IMG/VR virus record: IMGVR_UViG_3300043388_000014
Coordinates: 1 to 46,065 of that record
Reading direction: 5' to 3' (one strand)
DNA from: a virus
Taxonomy: Duplodnaviria > Caudoviricetes
Length of the DNA stretch: 46,065 nucleotides
The notes under the pieces are model-generated. The model was not told the DNA's origin. It did not search any database and worked only from the letters and a program-made list of their open reading frames with translations. Positions within the stretch are counted from its first letter, which is position 1. The number at the start of each line of letters is the position of its first letter. The position numbers and the translations under genes were made by a program. Shown piece after piece: positions 27,362 to 36,543 of this stretch.

Positions 27362-28273
27362 TTAGGCGTTCGAGAAGAAGAAGCCGCGGGGGTCCGACCA
27401 GCCGCGAGTCCAGCGCGCGCTGACCGCGAACTTGTACGTCTGGTGGTCGTTGTCGATCCAATCATCCGAGTCCGGCTTGCGGCGCCAGATGAAATTCAAA
27501 CCATTGTCGGCCGTCGTGGTGACGCCCCAGTTCGTGGTCGTGTTGTTCCAGTACGGATTGGCGACCACGTCCTTGATATCGAGGACCGTCTTCACGACGT
27601 TGAGGGCGTTGAACTCGCCCGCCTCGGGTGCCTTGGCGGAGCCGCAGATGACGGCCCATGCCGCCCACTGCTCCGTCGGGCACACGATTTTCTCGGGTTC
27701 GATCATGCCGTCCGTGATGCCGTCGTGCCCCGGGAGCTTCCGAATGGCCGAGGTCATCACGATCATCGCCGAACGGCTCGGAGACATCGGAGTCCCCAAG
27801 GTGTTCGAGAACGTTCCGCCACCCGGGAGGGTGTGCGAGGCGCTTGCGAGGGGCTGCCCGTCGCCGCCGACGTAGCTCGTGTTCGTCGCTCGGATGAGCA
27901 CATTCGTCGCGTCGATGTCCCAGGTCTTCATCATCGCGCGGGAGAGGCGCGGCGCGAGCTTGATAGCCGCCGGGTACTTGTTGTCCTCCATGGCCTCGCG
28001 GGTGATGACCATCCGGAGGGCGAAGGTGCGGACATGGTACCGGGTGAGGTACCCCTCGCGCATCGTCCCCGTGGACATCTGCTCGCCTTCGGTCTTCTCC
28101 GAGGCCAAGCCGGGGCCACCGGTCTCGATGTCGTCCACGTAGTTCTCGTCCGTGGTCGTCTCGTTGTAGTAGCGAGACATGAACGAGGTGAGTCCCGACG
28201 TCTTGTCCATGATGACCTTGCGCAGAGTGCGCTTGAGCATGTGGAACGTCGTGCCGGTAAAAACTTCGGACAT
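27362..28273 (-). CDS. Major capsid protein (HK97 fold, Mu gpT-like)
   Basis: 303 aa; EKTEGE, ITREAMEDN, GGDGQPLASASH, RWTRGWSDPRG. Confidence 0.85.
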   Translation of the reverse strand: MSEVFTGTTFHMLKRTLRKVIMDKTSGLTSFMSRYYNETTTDENYVDDIETGGPGLASEKTEGEQMSTGTMREGYLTRYHVRTFALRMVITREAMEDNKYPAAIKLAPRLSRAMMKTWDIDATNVLIRATNTSYVGGDGQPLASASHTLPGGGTFSNTLGTPMSPSRSAMIVMTSAIRKLPGHDGITDGMIEPEKIVCPTEQWAAWAVICGSAKAPEAGEFNALNVVKTVLDIKDVVANPYWNNTTTNWGVTTTADNGLNFIWRRKPDSDDWIDNDHQTYKFAVSARWTRGWSDPRGFFFSNA

Positions 28274-28276
28274 CGA

Positions 28277-28921
28277 TCACACTCCCGTGGTGTTGTACGG
28301 AGCCTGCTGGACCTTGTTGAACGTCACCCGGAGGTTCACATTCAGGCCGGTGAAGTCAGTGTTGACCCTCGGCGCGATGTCCACGATGCGGCACTGAAGG
28401 GCGCTGCTCGTGTTGTGCGTCGAGATGTCGAGCTTCGGGGTGGCCTTCGGGTCGTTCGCGTTCGTGGTGTCCGCGACCAGGACGAAGTCCGCGTTCTCCC
28501 CGATGGATGCCAAGTAGGTGGCCTCCGTGGTGAAGGTCGAACTGTCGTCGCAGGCGATTTCGAAGACCTGCCCAGCAACCGGAATCACGTACGCATACGT
28601 CATCCGCTCGAGGTTCGTCCCGTAGGCGCCGCTCCCTCCGATGTGCTTGTTGCGGGGCTGCATCACCGTGCCGTCGAACTCCGGGCCCTGCCCGACGTAG
28701 ATGCCGTAGATGATGCTCTGAGTGCCTTCCGAGCCGACGCAGATGCCGCCGTACCCGGTGCTCAGGATTTGGACCGGGTCGCCCGGGTGAAGGTCGACGT
28801 TGGTTCCGCCCGCTGCCGGCTGATAGGCCGTCGCAAGGCGGATTCGCTGGATGGGCGGAGCGGCCTGCCCGAGCTCCCCTTTGACCCAGCGGAAGCCATA
28901 CTCGTAGGTGTTATCGGCCAT
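28277..28921 (-). CDS. Capsid decoration/auxiliary protein
   Basis: MADNTYEYGFRWV...LHPGDPV; immediately upstream of the capsid gene. Confidence 0.65.
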   Translation of the reverse strand: MADNTYEYGFRWVKGELGQAAPPIQRIRLATAYQPAAGGTNVDLHPGDPVQILSTGYGGICVGSEGTQSIIYGIYVGQGPEFDGTVMQPRNKHIGGSGAYGTNLERMTYAYVIPVAGQVFEIACDDSSTFTTEATYLASIGENADFVLVADTTNANDPKATPKLDISTHNTSSALQCRIVDIAPRVNTDFTGLNVNLRVTFNKVQQAPYNTTGV

Positions 28922-28924
28922 GGC

Positions 28925-29413
28925 TCAGCTCTCCGTGTAGGGGCCAACGGGACCCATGTCGGGTCGCATCGGCTCGATTTGACTCTGAACTCCGACGTAA
29001 CCGCGCGCGCCGCCGATGCCCCGCATGAGGTCAGCCTGCGCGCTGCGCCGGTCGAGGATTCGCTCTTCCATCTTGGTGGCCTGATTCCAGCCACCGTCGC
29101 CGTCGTCCCCGAACATGTCGATCTCCGCCTTCCGGGCCTTCGAGATGCTCATGAGCACCGAGTCCTGGTACTGGACGACATCGCCGTCTCGGGTCTTCAC
29201 GACCGCAAGGCGGGGGCCGCCGGGCTCGGCGGTGACACGCTCGTAGCCGAGCGACTCGTACTCGCCGATCTGGTCGTGACCAGTGTTCGAGACGAGAACG
29301 TAGAACTTCTCCGGGTCCTTGTTCAGGAGCCGGGTCTTCCCGCTTCCAGCCTCGACAGGTCGAGGGCGCGGGTCTCTGCGTGGGCTTTTCTGAGGAACGG
29401 TAGCTGATGCCAT
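28925..29413 (-). CDS. Head-module hypothetical protein
   Basis: 162 aa; KDPEKFYVLV..YESLGYERV..VLMSISK. Confidence 0.7.
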   Translation of the reverse strand: MASATVPQKSPRRDPRPRPVEAGSGKTRLLNKDPEKFYVLVSNTGHDQIGEYESLGYERVTAEPGGPRLAVVKTRDGDVVQYQDSVLMSISKARKAEIDMFGDDGDGGWNQATKMEERILDRRSAQADLMRGIGGARGYVGVQSQIEPMRPDMGPVGPYTES

Positions 29414-29466
29414 GAAACTCCGAGTGCCACCCTGTTGCAGTCGGGAGTGACTTCCTCGGAGTTTCA
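29413..29466 (-). promoter_or_regulatory. 12-bp perfect stem covering the SD and first base of the start codon
   Basis: TGAAACTCCGAG (29413-29424) and CTCGGAGTTTCA (29455-29466). Confidence 0.6.
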
Positions 29467-29534
29467 GGCGGGCCAGGTGAGGTCCCGGGCCACCGTCAGA
29501 CGCTCACCTTGGCGAGGTTCGCGCCGATAAGAGA

Positions 29535-29563
29535 AGGCTACTGGTCAGCCGTTCCCCGTGCAA
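29535..29563 (-). promoter_or_regulatory. Sigma70-like promoter for the capsid genes
   Basis: Minus strand TTGCAC-17 bp-TAGCCT with an upstream A-tract. Confidence 0.55.
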
Positions 29564-29594
29564 CGTTTTTCTTCGGACTGTGGGATTCCCACGC

Positions 29595-30521
29595 TCAGTC
29601 GTCGTCCCCGTTCACTTCCTTGGCCCAGTGCGCCCAGCGCTTCTTCTGGTCCTTGATGTGCGGGTAGGCCGCATCGGCCATGCGCTGGTAATCCTTGGTC
29701 ATCACCACCTGCCGCTCGCCCTTCTTGGGGGCTCCGCCGCTCGCGCCCCGTGGGGCACCGGTGTACCGCTCACGAAGGTTCGGGTCGGGTTCCCGCGCCG
29801 CACCCTGCCGGTACCGTCCCAGACCGAACTGCCTCTCCGCCGCTGCCATCGCCTTCTGGACGACGGACATGTCGTAGGGATGCTTCCCTGTCGCCGCCGA
29901 CTCGGAGCGCTGTACGCCCTCGGCAAAGTTCATGGCGGCCTGGTTCTGGAAGGCTTCCGGGTGATTCGCCACGAGGTAGGAACGGATTGCGTCCGCCTGC
30001 GGGTTCGATGCTCCCACGCCAGCGCGCTGCATCGCCCTCACCGAGATGAGCTCGGAGCGCTTGTCGTCTAGCTGGATGGCTTTCTCGCGGAGCTTGTTCG
30101 CTTCGTCCTGAGTGAGCGGGTTGCTGCGGTCCATGACGCGGAGCTGATACTCACGGTCCAGCGCCGCACGCTCGGTAGTCGCCCTCTCGAGTTCCTGATC
30201 GATCGGACTCGACTGGGGCGCTTGCTGCTGACTACCCCGCGCGTACTGCTGCGCGAGCTGCGTGACCTGCTGTAGGGCGAGCGTCGTCGCATTCGCCGTA
30301 GCCCTGGCTTCGATGGCCTCACGCTCGAGCCGCTCCCGCTCGGACTTGTTCATCCATGTGCGTTCGCCTTTCTTGGCGAGCCGGGAGGGCTTTGGCGCCT
30401 CCTCCTCGGCGTCTTCTTCCTCCTCGTCGTCTAGGTCTACGACGGGCTCCTTCGGCTCCTTCGGTGGTGCCGCGTCGTCGATTTCGTCGTCGATAGAGAA
30501 CGGATTCGTTTGCTTTCCCAT
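29595..30521 (-). CDS. Scaffolding protein
   Basis: Acidic N-terminus and coiled coil; lies between portal and capsid. Confidence 0.7.
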   Translation of the reverse strand: MGKQTNPFSIDDEIDDAAPPKEPKEPVVDLDDEEEEDAEEEAPKPSRLAKKGERTWMNKSERERLEREAIEARATANATTLALQQVTQLAQQYARGSQQQAPQSSPIDQELERATTERAALDREYQLRVMDRSNPLTQDEANKLREKAIQLDDKRSELISVRAMQRAGVGASNPQADAIRSYLVANHPEAFQNQAAMNFAEGVQRSESAATGKHPYDMSVVQKAMAAAERQFGLGRYRQGAAREPDPNLRERYTGAPRGASGGAPKKGERQVVMTKDYQRMADAAYPHIKDQKKRWAHWAKEVNGDDD

Positions 30522-30530
30522 GTTCTTTTC

Positions 30531-31160
30531 TCAGTACGCCTCGTCGAGGAAAACCCTCTTCGCTTCCAACTCGTTACCGTCTTCGTCCGTGAAGTACCCC
30601 TTGCCGTCCCTCACGGTTTTCTGGACCTTGCCGGCCTTGAGAAGCGCACGCTGGTCCTCGCTCGAGACCACGTCCCCGGTCCGAAGGACCATGAGATGGG
30701 TGTCCACGCCCATGTAGTTGCCGATGAGGACGTGCCAGGGGCTCATCCGGATGATGTTCACGATGCTCCCGATGGCGATGCCGTGGGAGGCGAAGACCTC
30801 CATGGTCTCGAGCCCCGCCGAGACGATAACGACCCGGGTCGACTCCTTCAGGGCGCGCTTCTGCTGGGACTCCGGCTTGATGATCATCGTGTCGCCGAAG
30901 GTCTTCTTGCCCTCCTCGTGCTTCGGCTCGATTTGCCAGGCCAGGAAGCGGTCGAACACCGGCTCCGCGTCGAAGGCCTCGTCCGGGATGCCGTAGCGGA
31001 GGCGCCGCGCCTCGAGCAGCGGCGGCAGCCCGAGAGCGCCCGGCGCCGACATGCGCGCCTTGATGGCCGCCGCGAGCCGGTCCGCCAGCTCTTCCGTCGG
31101 GTCCGCCAGCACTTCCATGGGGCGGGGCCTCTCTTCACCGATTCGAGTCGTCAGCTTCAT
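30531..31160 (-). CDS. GroES/Cpn10-like co-chaperonin
   Basis: EPVFDRFL...KKTFGDTMIIKPE...VVIVSAG...IAIGSIV...LMVLRTGDVV aligns by eye to the Cpn10 pattern. Confidence 0.65.
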   Translation of the reverse strand: MKLTTRIGEERPRPMEVLADPTEELADRLAAAIKARMSAPGALGLPPLLEARRLRYGIPDEAFDAEPVFDRFLAWQIEPKHEEGKKTFGDTMIIKPESQQKRALKESTRVVIVSAGLETMEVFASHGIAIGSIVNIIRMSPWHVLIGNYMGVDTHLMVLRTGDVVSSEDQRALLKAGKVQKTVRDGKGYFTDEDGNELEAKRVFLDEAY

Positions 31161-31383
31161 CTTCCTTCGCCTTCTCCGTGAGTGTCTTCAGTAGGTCGTT
31201 CAGTGTGTCGAAGTATTGCACAGCCTTGGTCACGCGGGGGTCTGTTGAGTTGCGACCCATGCCCAAGGCGTTCTCCAGGGCACGAGCGACGTCCTCGCGG
31301 ACCTTCTCGGCAAACCACCGGGTCCCGGGGTTGTCCTGCCAGTCCTTGAAGGCAGCGGGGTCGGGTTCGTGAGGGTCCATCAT
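31135..31383 (-). CDS. Hypothetical protein after portal
   Basis: FKDWQDNPGTRWF; overlaps both neighbours. Confidence 0.65.
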   Translation of the reverse strand: MMDPHEPDPAAFKDWQDNPGTRWFAEKVREDVARALENALGMGRNSTDPRVTKAVQYFDTLNDLLKTLTEKAKEDEADDSNR

Positions 31384-33683
31384 GACGGGTTCATTCCGTT
31401 CGCGGGGGGCGGGTTATTTGGCGGGGGAGGCCCTCCCGTCGGACCTCCGGGCCCTGGAGCGTTTTGCGGGGGAGATGGGCCTCCTGCCGGCGGGTGACCC
31501 TCGGGGCCCTTCGGCGCAGGAGGGGAGCCGCCGTGCCCTGGCGGGCCTCCAGGAGGAGCGGCGCCCGGGGGCGCCCCCATGCCGGGCGGGGGAGGCGGAG
31601 GCAGACCACCAAACGGCGTTGGAGGAGGGGGCAGCGGCGGGCCGAGGAAGGGAACAAGGTCTCGACGTCGGCGGGCCTTGAGACTGCCCATGAGCGCCTG
31701 CTGGAGAAAGCCCGGGTAGGCCTGGAGGGGCGGGAAGGCGGTGACCATCTGGGCAATCTGGTCGGCTTCGGCGATGCGTTCCGCGGTGCCAGAGAAGTCC
31801 ATGCTCGCGGCAATCTCCATCTTGTAGCCGCGCTGGTAGAGGTCCCGCGTGATTTTCATCGGGCCCATGGTCTGGCTCGAGTCCTTCGTCGCCTCGAAGA
31901 GTTCCTCGTCGCGGAGGAAGACGGCGTTCAGACGGGCGTTGTTCCGGAGGACCGTTGTAACGAAGTTCGCAAACCGTTGGCCAACCACCGTAAGTTGTTT
32001 TGTCGCCTGCTCGATACGGGTTGCGATCCCTCGATACGTCTCGCCAGATTTTCCTGATTCACCAGACAGAACATCAGGCGCTTGAGCCGCCGCCTGTCCG
32101 CTGGACTGCATGAGTTGAACAACCTGTAATAGCTGCGGATTTGCAGCCCCAGGGTCGAGCTGCATAATAGCATTCTTGATCTCCATTCCCGAGACGCCCT
32201 TGACCTTGTTGATCTTCCCCGGTGCCCAGGAAAACGGCCGGGTGAAGTCCACCGTGTCCGACACGATCATCCCCTTCGCGTTCCCCAGGGTGGCCTGGTC
32301 CGTGAACTGCGAGAGAGCGACGTTCGCCGCGCGGTTGTAGTCGGAGAGCGGGCCGCCGATTCCGAGCCCCAAGGACCCCGTCATCGGCTCGAAGCACACG
32401 CCGTGAGCGAACATTCGGATGGGCACTGACCGCGGGGGCTTCGGCGCTTCCGCGGGGTCGGTCGTCCAGGACGGCGGCTGCGGAGGAGGGGGCAGCGGAG
32501 GGGGCACCATTTCGTGGAGATGCTGAACGGCGCCGAGGGCGTGCTCCTGCGGCATCTGCCCGGTGGAGTGGGCCTGCTCGACCGTGGCGGCCCCTTGCTG
32601 GACCTGAGCCATCTGCTGGTCGTGTTGCTCTTGCGCCTGCTGGAAGGCGCCCATCTGCTGCTGGTACTGGTTGAACTCCTGCTGCTGCTCTTCGAAGCGC
32701 GCACGATCCTGCCAGTCGGCTTCCTCGTGGACCTTCAGCGAGAGGACCCGCTTCGTCCGGCGGTCGAGGATGACCTGGCACCACCGGTCCTTCGTCTGCT
32801 GCGGGAGTTCGAGGAACCCCTCGTACTGGAGCAGCGTGTAGGGCGCGTCTCCGGCGAGGTCCGTCGGCATGTCCTCGCCGACCACCTCGGCCTGCCCGTC
32901 ACGAAGCGGCGTCTCCGGCTCGTCACCCCAGGAGGGCTTCTCCTCGAGCACTTCGTCGACTCCGATCCACTTGCCCTTCATGGCCTGGAGTTGGTGGCGG
33001 TAGTACCGAAGGACCATCGTGTAGTGAGGGATGTCCCCGTAGTCCGGCATCCGGGACGTCATCGCGTAGGGCGTGACGAACTCGTCCACCGACAGGCAGA
33101 CGTGGCGATTCATCCACGTCTCTTCGTCGTAGTACGAGTAAGCGGTCACGTCCCCGAGAGCGAGGAAGGTCGTGAGCCCCGCGGTCATCTGCCGCTGGAA
33201 GTCCGGGATTTGCTCCCGACACTGCCAGTTCATGTGCTTCTGCACGAGCTCCGCTTCGTTCGAGTACATCTCCCCCATCGGGGGCACTGAGCAGATGTTT
33301 TTCCAGTCGCCGAAGGCTTCCGTCTCGATGCGCGCCTCGAGCCGCTGAAGGCTCTCGAGCAGAATAGGGACGTGAGCGTTCGCGCAGCCTTCGTAGGGGA
33401 ATTCCTTCTTCGGGAGCTCGCCGGCAAACAGCATGTTGATGCTCTTCGCGCGGTCCCGGTGCTTCCTCTTCCCCTCCCAGTCCTCGTCGAACTCGTCGCA
33501 GACCTGATTGGCGATGTCCTCGAGCAGCTCCTTTCCCTCGGCGGTGTCCTGGAAGATGTCCACCAGGTTCGGCGCCATCGGGTCGTAGGGCGGTATCTTG
33601 TCGACCATCTCTCCGTCTTCGGAGAGGGTCAGGACGGGGTCGCCGTCTTCGTTGGTCGGGAGCGGGGCGTCGGCGATTTCCAT
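31380..33683 (-). CDS. Portal protein
   Basis: 767 aa directly after terL; KKEFPYEGCANAHVP; Pro-rich C-terminal tail. Confidence 0.85.
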   Translation of the reverse strand: MEIADAPLPTNEDGDPVLTLSEDGEMVDKIPPYDPMAPNLVDIFQDTAEGKELLEDIANQVCDEFDEDWEGKRKHRDRAKSINMLFAGELPKKEFPYEGCANAHVPILLESLQRLEARIETEAFGDWKNICSVPPMGEMYSNEAELVQKHMNWQCREQIPDFQRQMTAGLTTFLALGDVTAYSYYDEETWMNRHVCLSVDEFVTPYAMTSRMPDYGDIPHYTMVLRYYRHQLQAMKGKWIGVDEVLEEKPSWGDEPETPLRDGQAEVVGEDMPTDLAGDAPYTLLQYEGFLELPQQTKDRWCQVILDRRTKRVLSLKVHEEADWQDRARFEEQQQEFNQYQQQMGAFQQAQEQHDQQMAQVQQGAATVEQAHSTGQMPQEHALGAVQHLHEMVPPPLPPPPQPPSWTTDPAEAPKPPRSVPIRMFAHGVCFEPMTGSLGLGIGGPLSDYNRAANVALSQFTDQATLGNAKGMIVSDTVDFTRPFSWAPGKINKVKGVSGMEIKNAIMQLDPGAANPQLLQVVQLMQSSGQAAAQAPDVLSGESGKSGETYRGIATRIEQATKQLTVVGQRFANFVTTVLRNNARLNAVFLRDEELFEATKDSSQTMGPMKITRDLYQRGYKMEIAASMDFSGTAERIAEADQIAQMVTAFPPLQAYPGFLQQALMGSLKARRRRDLVPFLGPPLPPPPTPFGGLPPPPPPGMGAPPGAAPPGGPPGHGGSPPAPKGPEGHPPAGGPSPPQNAPGPGGPTGGPPPPNNPPPANGMNPS

Positions 33684-35174
33684 CTAGTATGAGTCCCCGT
33701 AGCCCATTGAACCGCGATTCGACTCAAGGTCGTCGTAATCCCGCTCTTCCGCCTTCATCTGCGGGATGCCGGCGCGGCCCCGGGAGGCGAACGCACAGGC
33801 GTACAGAATCGAATCGTGAGCATGATCCTCGCCGCCGTCTTGAGGCATTTCGGGGTCTCCGGGCACTGACAGGACTGAGGGGAGGGTCTTGATGGCCATG
33901 GGGCAGGTGTCGAAGAAGACGATACCAGGAGTCTGCGTCCGACGCTTGTGGTCCCGTAAACGGCTGAGCAGTAGACCGGCGTTCCTCGACCTGGAGAGCT
34001 TGTCGGCTCGGGTCCAGGTCAGTCCGACCCTTTCGAACTCTTCCGCCAGCGACATGGCCGAGGTGCCTCGTTTTTCCCAGAGCTGCGTGTCCGCGGGGCC
34101 ACTGATGAGCGAGCGACTGCCGTGCCAGAGCTTCGCGTCCTTCTCGATGTCCCGGGCGCGCTCGGCGACCTGCGTCGCGGTGAGTAGCTTGAAGTAGAAC
34201 TCCTTCTCGCAGAACAGATTCCCGTCGCTATCCATCGCCCACCAATGAAGGCAACCGTGGGCCTTGAAGCCCCAGTCCAGGGACCGGAAGCGGAGCCAGT
34301 CCCGTGGGATTTTGAAGGGGCGGCACGTGTGGATGTCCGATACCCACTCGTCGCCGTAGAAGGAGCCGTAGACCGCGTACCAGTCGCCCTCGAGCTGCGC
34401 CTGGCGAATGTGCGCGGGGAGCTGTTGAAGGTTCGCCTCGTACGTCCTGACGAAATCCTTGTTCGGGTTCTGTGAGAGCTTCCCAGGGAAGTAGATCCGC
34501 GTCTTCCGAAGCTTCTCACCCGACTTGAGAGTGATGTTCTGGAAGAGGGTGACGCCGCCCTTCGGGGCCGGGTCGACGAAGTACTTCCGCACCCATAGGG
34601 GGTCCTCGAGCGAGACGCCCTCCATGCCCTGGCGGTCGACGCTCGGGTTCGACATGGCGCGTACCTTGAGCATCTTCATCAGCACCGGGTCAGAGGTGCG
34701 AAGCCTGCTCTTTATCTGTAGGTATTGCTCCTTAAGGAATTGGATCAACTCATCATATAGAATGATCGTATACTCGCTTCCGTAGTACTGCTGCCAATCG
34801 TTGGGGTCTTTGCAGTGCCCGAACTGGTAGGAATACCCACTAGTAAACTTGAACGTGTGTTTCTGTTGGTCGTAGTGGACTCCGGGGTCCAGCCGCTCGA
34901 ACGCCACCTTGGCCTTGGCGATGAGCTGCTCGAGCATCGGGAAGGTTCGACGCAGGAGAAGCGCCCACCCCACGGACGACCCCTTCGGGATGGCGTGGGG
35001 ATGCTTCGGGTCGTGTGTGCGCTCGTGCTCCATCACAATCTGGGCGAGCGGCTCCCAGAGAAGCACCTGCGTCTTGCCGACGCCTGCCGCGCCGGCACCA
35101 AGAGCTTCGTCGTGGGGGAGTGCATGAAAGCCCCTCCCCCACTCTGAAGGGGCATAAACCGGTTCTTGGCTCAC
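33684..35174 (-). CDS. terL: Terminase large subunit
   Basis: GAGAAGVGKT, LLRRTFPML, ILYDELIQF, MSNP, QLEGDW, SLDWGF and EDHAHDSILYA motifs. Confidence 0.92.
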   Translation of the reverse strand: MSQEPVYAPSEWGRGFHALPHDEALGAGAAGVGKTQVLLWEPLAQIVMEHERTHDPKHPHAIPKGSSVGWALLLRRTFPMLEQLIAKAKVAFERLDPGVHYDQQKHTFKFTSGYSYQFGHCKDPNDWQQYYGSEYTIILYDELIQFLKEQYLQIKSRLRTSDPVLMKMLKVRAMSNPSVDRQGMEGVSLEDPLWVRKYFVDPAPKGGVTLFQNITLKSGEKLRKTRIYFPGKLSQNPNKDFVRTYEANLQQLPAHIRQAQLEGDWYAVYGSFYGDEWVSDIHTCRPFKIPRDWLRFRSLDWGFKAHGCLHWWAMDSDGNLFCEKEFYFKLLTATQVAERARDIEKDAKLWHGSRSLISGPADTQLWEKRGTSAMSLAEEFERVGLTWTRADKLSRSRNAGLLLSRLRDHKRRTQTPGIVFFDTCPMAIKTLPSVLSVPGDPEMPQDGGEDHAHDSILYACAFASRGRAGIPQMKAEERDYDDLESNRGSMGYGDSY

Positions 35175-35575
35175 TTCCCCTTTCGCTTGGGTTTGGCGAC
35201 CGTCTCGGGCAGGGACTCGTCAGCGATGAGCTGGGCCTCCTCCGGGGTGAGCGGCTTGTTCGACGGCGGGGGGATAGTGGGGAGCTTCTCCACCGGCGGC
35301 AGCGTGGGGAGCTTCGCCGTTCCCAGCTCGAGAATCTTGTCGAACTCCTCGCCGGTGAGCGGCTCGGTCGCCAGCGACAGCCGCCCGATGCCTTCTCGAT
35401 CTGTAACGCCCACGTAGGTGCCGAACCGCGCCAGACGCGCGCCTGTCTTTGGGTCGTACACGCACAACTCGAACTGATGGCGTCCGCGATCGAGGATGGC
35501 GAGCAGCGCAGCGTGCTTCTCGCATGTGTTCACGAACGCCACTTCCTCGGCCTGTAGTTCACTCTCTGGTTTCAT
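35171..35575 (-). CDS. Hypothetical protein
   Basis: 134 aa; stop overlaps the terL start. Confidence 0.65.
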   Translation of the reverse strand: MKPESELQAEEVAFVNTCEKHAALLAILDRGRHQFELCVYDPKTGARLARFGTYVGVTDREGIGRLSLATEPLTGEEFDKILELGTAKLPTLPPVEKLPTIPPPSNKPLTPEEAQLIADESLPETVAKPKRKGK

Positions 35576-35581
35576 CGCTTC

Positions 35582-35770
35582 CTATTCTTTCATTTCCAGA
35601 ACCCATAGAAGGGTCTGAATCCGTGCGTCCGTCTCCCGCAGGTCAGCCGAGGCGTCCATCACCCCGTGCAGGTCGCGTCTCTCCTGGACCATCTCCATGT
35701 ACCGCTCGAGGACGTGGCGGTGAGCCCTGGTCTCGATGAGGCGCCCGAGAATGTAGGCGTGTTGCTTCAT
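35582..35770 (-). CDS. Hypothetical protein
   Basis: 62 aa; DLHGVMDASADLRE; ATGA coupling. Confidence 0.6.
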   Translation of the reverse strand: MKQHAYILGRLIETRAHRHVLERYMEMVQERRDLHGVMDASADLRETDARIQTLLWVLEMKE

Positions 35771-36543
35771 CGGGCGGGGCTCTTGCTGCCGACGTCCACG
35801 CGAAAATGCGTGAAGGTCACCGTGAGGGAGCCGGCAAGGTTCACCGTCTCGGCCCCCATGAAGATGTTCGGCGACGTCAGGAGCCGCATGTCGGGCGTCG
35901 CGAGGTTCGACGAGTAGCTCGCCCGATCCGAATTGAAGATGTCCGGGAGCCTCCCCGCCGCCGTATCGTAGACTCCAGACCAGTACTCCATCATGTCGGG
36001 AGCTTCCCAGCAGAGCCCGAGAACGTCATCCGTGAAGGCCGCCGAGCTGACCAGCACGGTCGTCTGCGCGGAGGCGTCGCAGGCGAAGGACGTGAACCGG
36101 TCCCCGCCGTTTCTTCCCTTCGCGATTGCAAAGGACTGGTGAAGCGGCAGAGTCGCGTCTTCCACGCCCAGAAGGGCGTTCTCGAAGTCGGCGTCTGCGC
36201 TCGTAAGGAGCGCTCTTGCCATGATTCGGACCATGTGCGAAGGCGGCTTGTACTCCTTGGTATTGTAGAAGTTGAAGGCCGCGTTCATCCCTCCGACGAG
36301 CATCGGAGAGGTCCGCACACCGCCGGTGTATGACGAGCTGTTCGTGTTGCAGACGATGACCAAGCCCGACCCGTTCACCAGTCCGATGCTCGTCGCGTTC
36401 GCCGTGTTGAAGACGTTCCACGTCATCCCAGCAATCGTGAACGCGGTCCCGTCGGGCGAGCCAGACATGTCATGCGTGGCCTGCGCCGTCAGGTCAATAT
36501 CGCAGACCGTTCGCCAAAGCAGTCCCCCGGGGCCGAAGGTCAT
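35767..36543 (-). CDS. Beta-rich hypothetical protein (lectin-like?)
   Basis: 258 aa; GGAGG RBS; coupled to its neighbours. Confidence 0.65.
   Translation of the reverse strand: MTFGPGGLLWRTVCDIDLTAQATHDMSGSPDGTAFTIAGMTWNVFNTANATSIGLVNGSGLVIVCNTNSSSYTGGVRTSPMLVGGMNAAFNFYNTKEYKPPSHMVRIMARALLTSADADFENALLGVEDATLPLHQSFAIAKGRNGGDRFTSFACDASAQTTVLVSSAAFTDDVLGLCWEAPDMMEYWSGVYDTAAGRLPDIFNSDRASYSSNLATPDMRLLTSPNIFMGAETVNLAGSLTVTFTHFRVDVGSKSPAR

Noticed and set aside
27116-29407. 763-aa + strand ORF, and similar long antisense ORFs (17113-19038, 15653-17137, 14324-15649, 3289-4767, 8442-9620)
   Set aside because: Shadow ORFs opposite well-supported genes; expected from high GC3 and lacking recognisable motifs.
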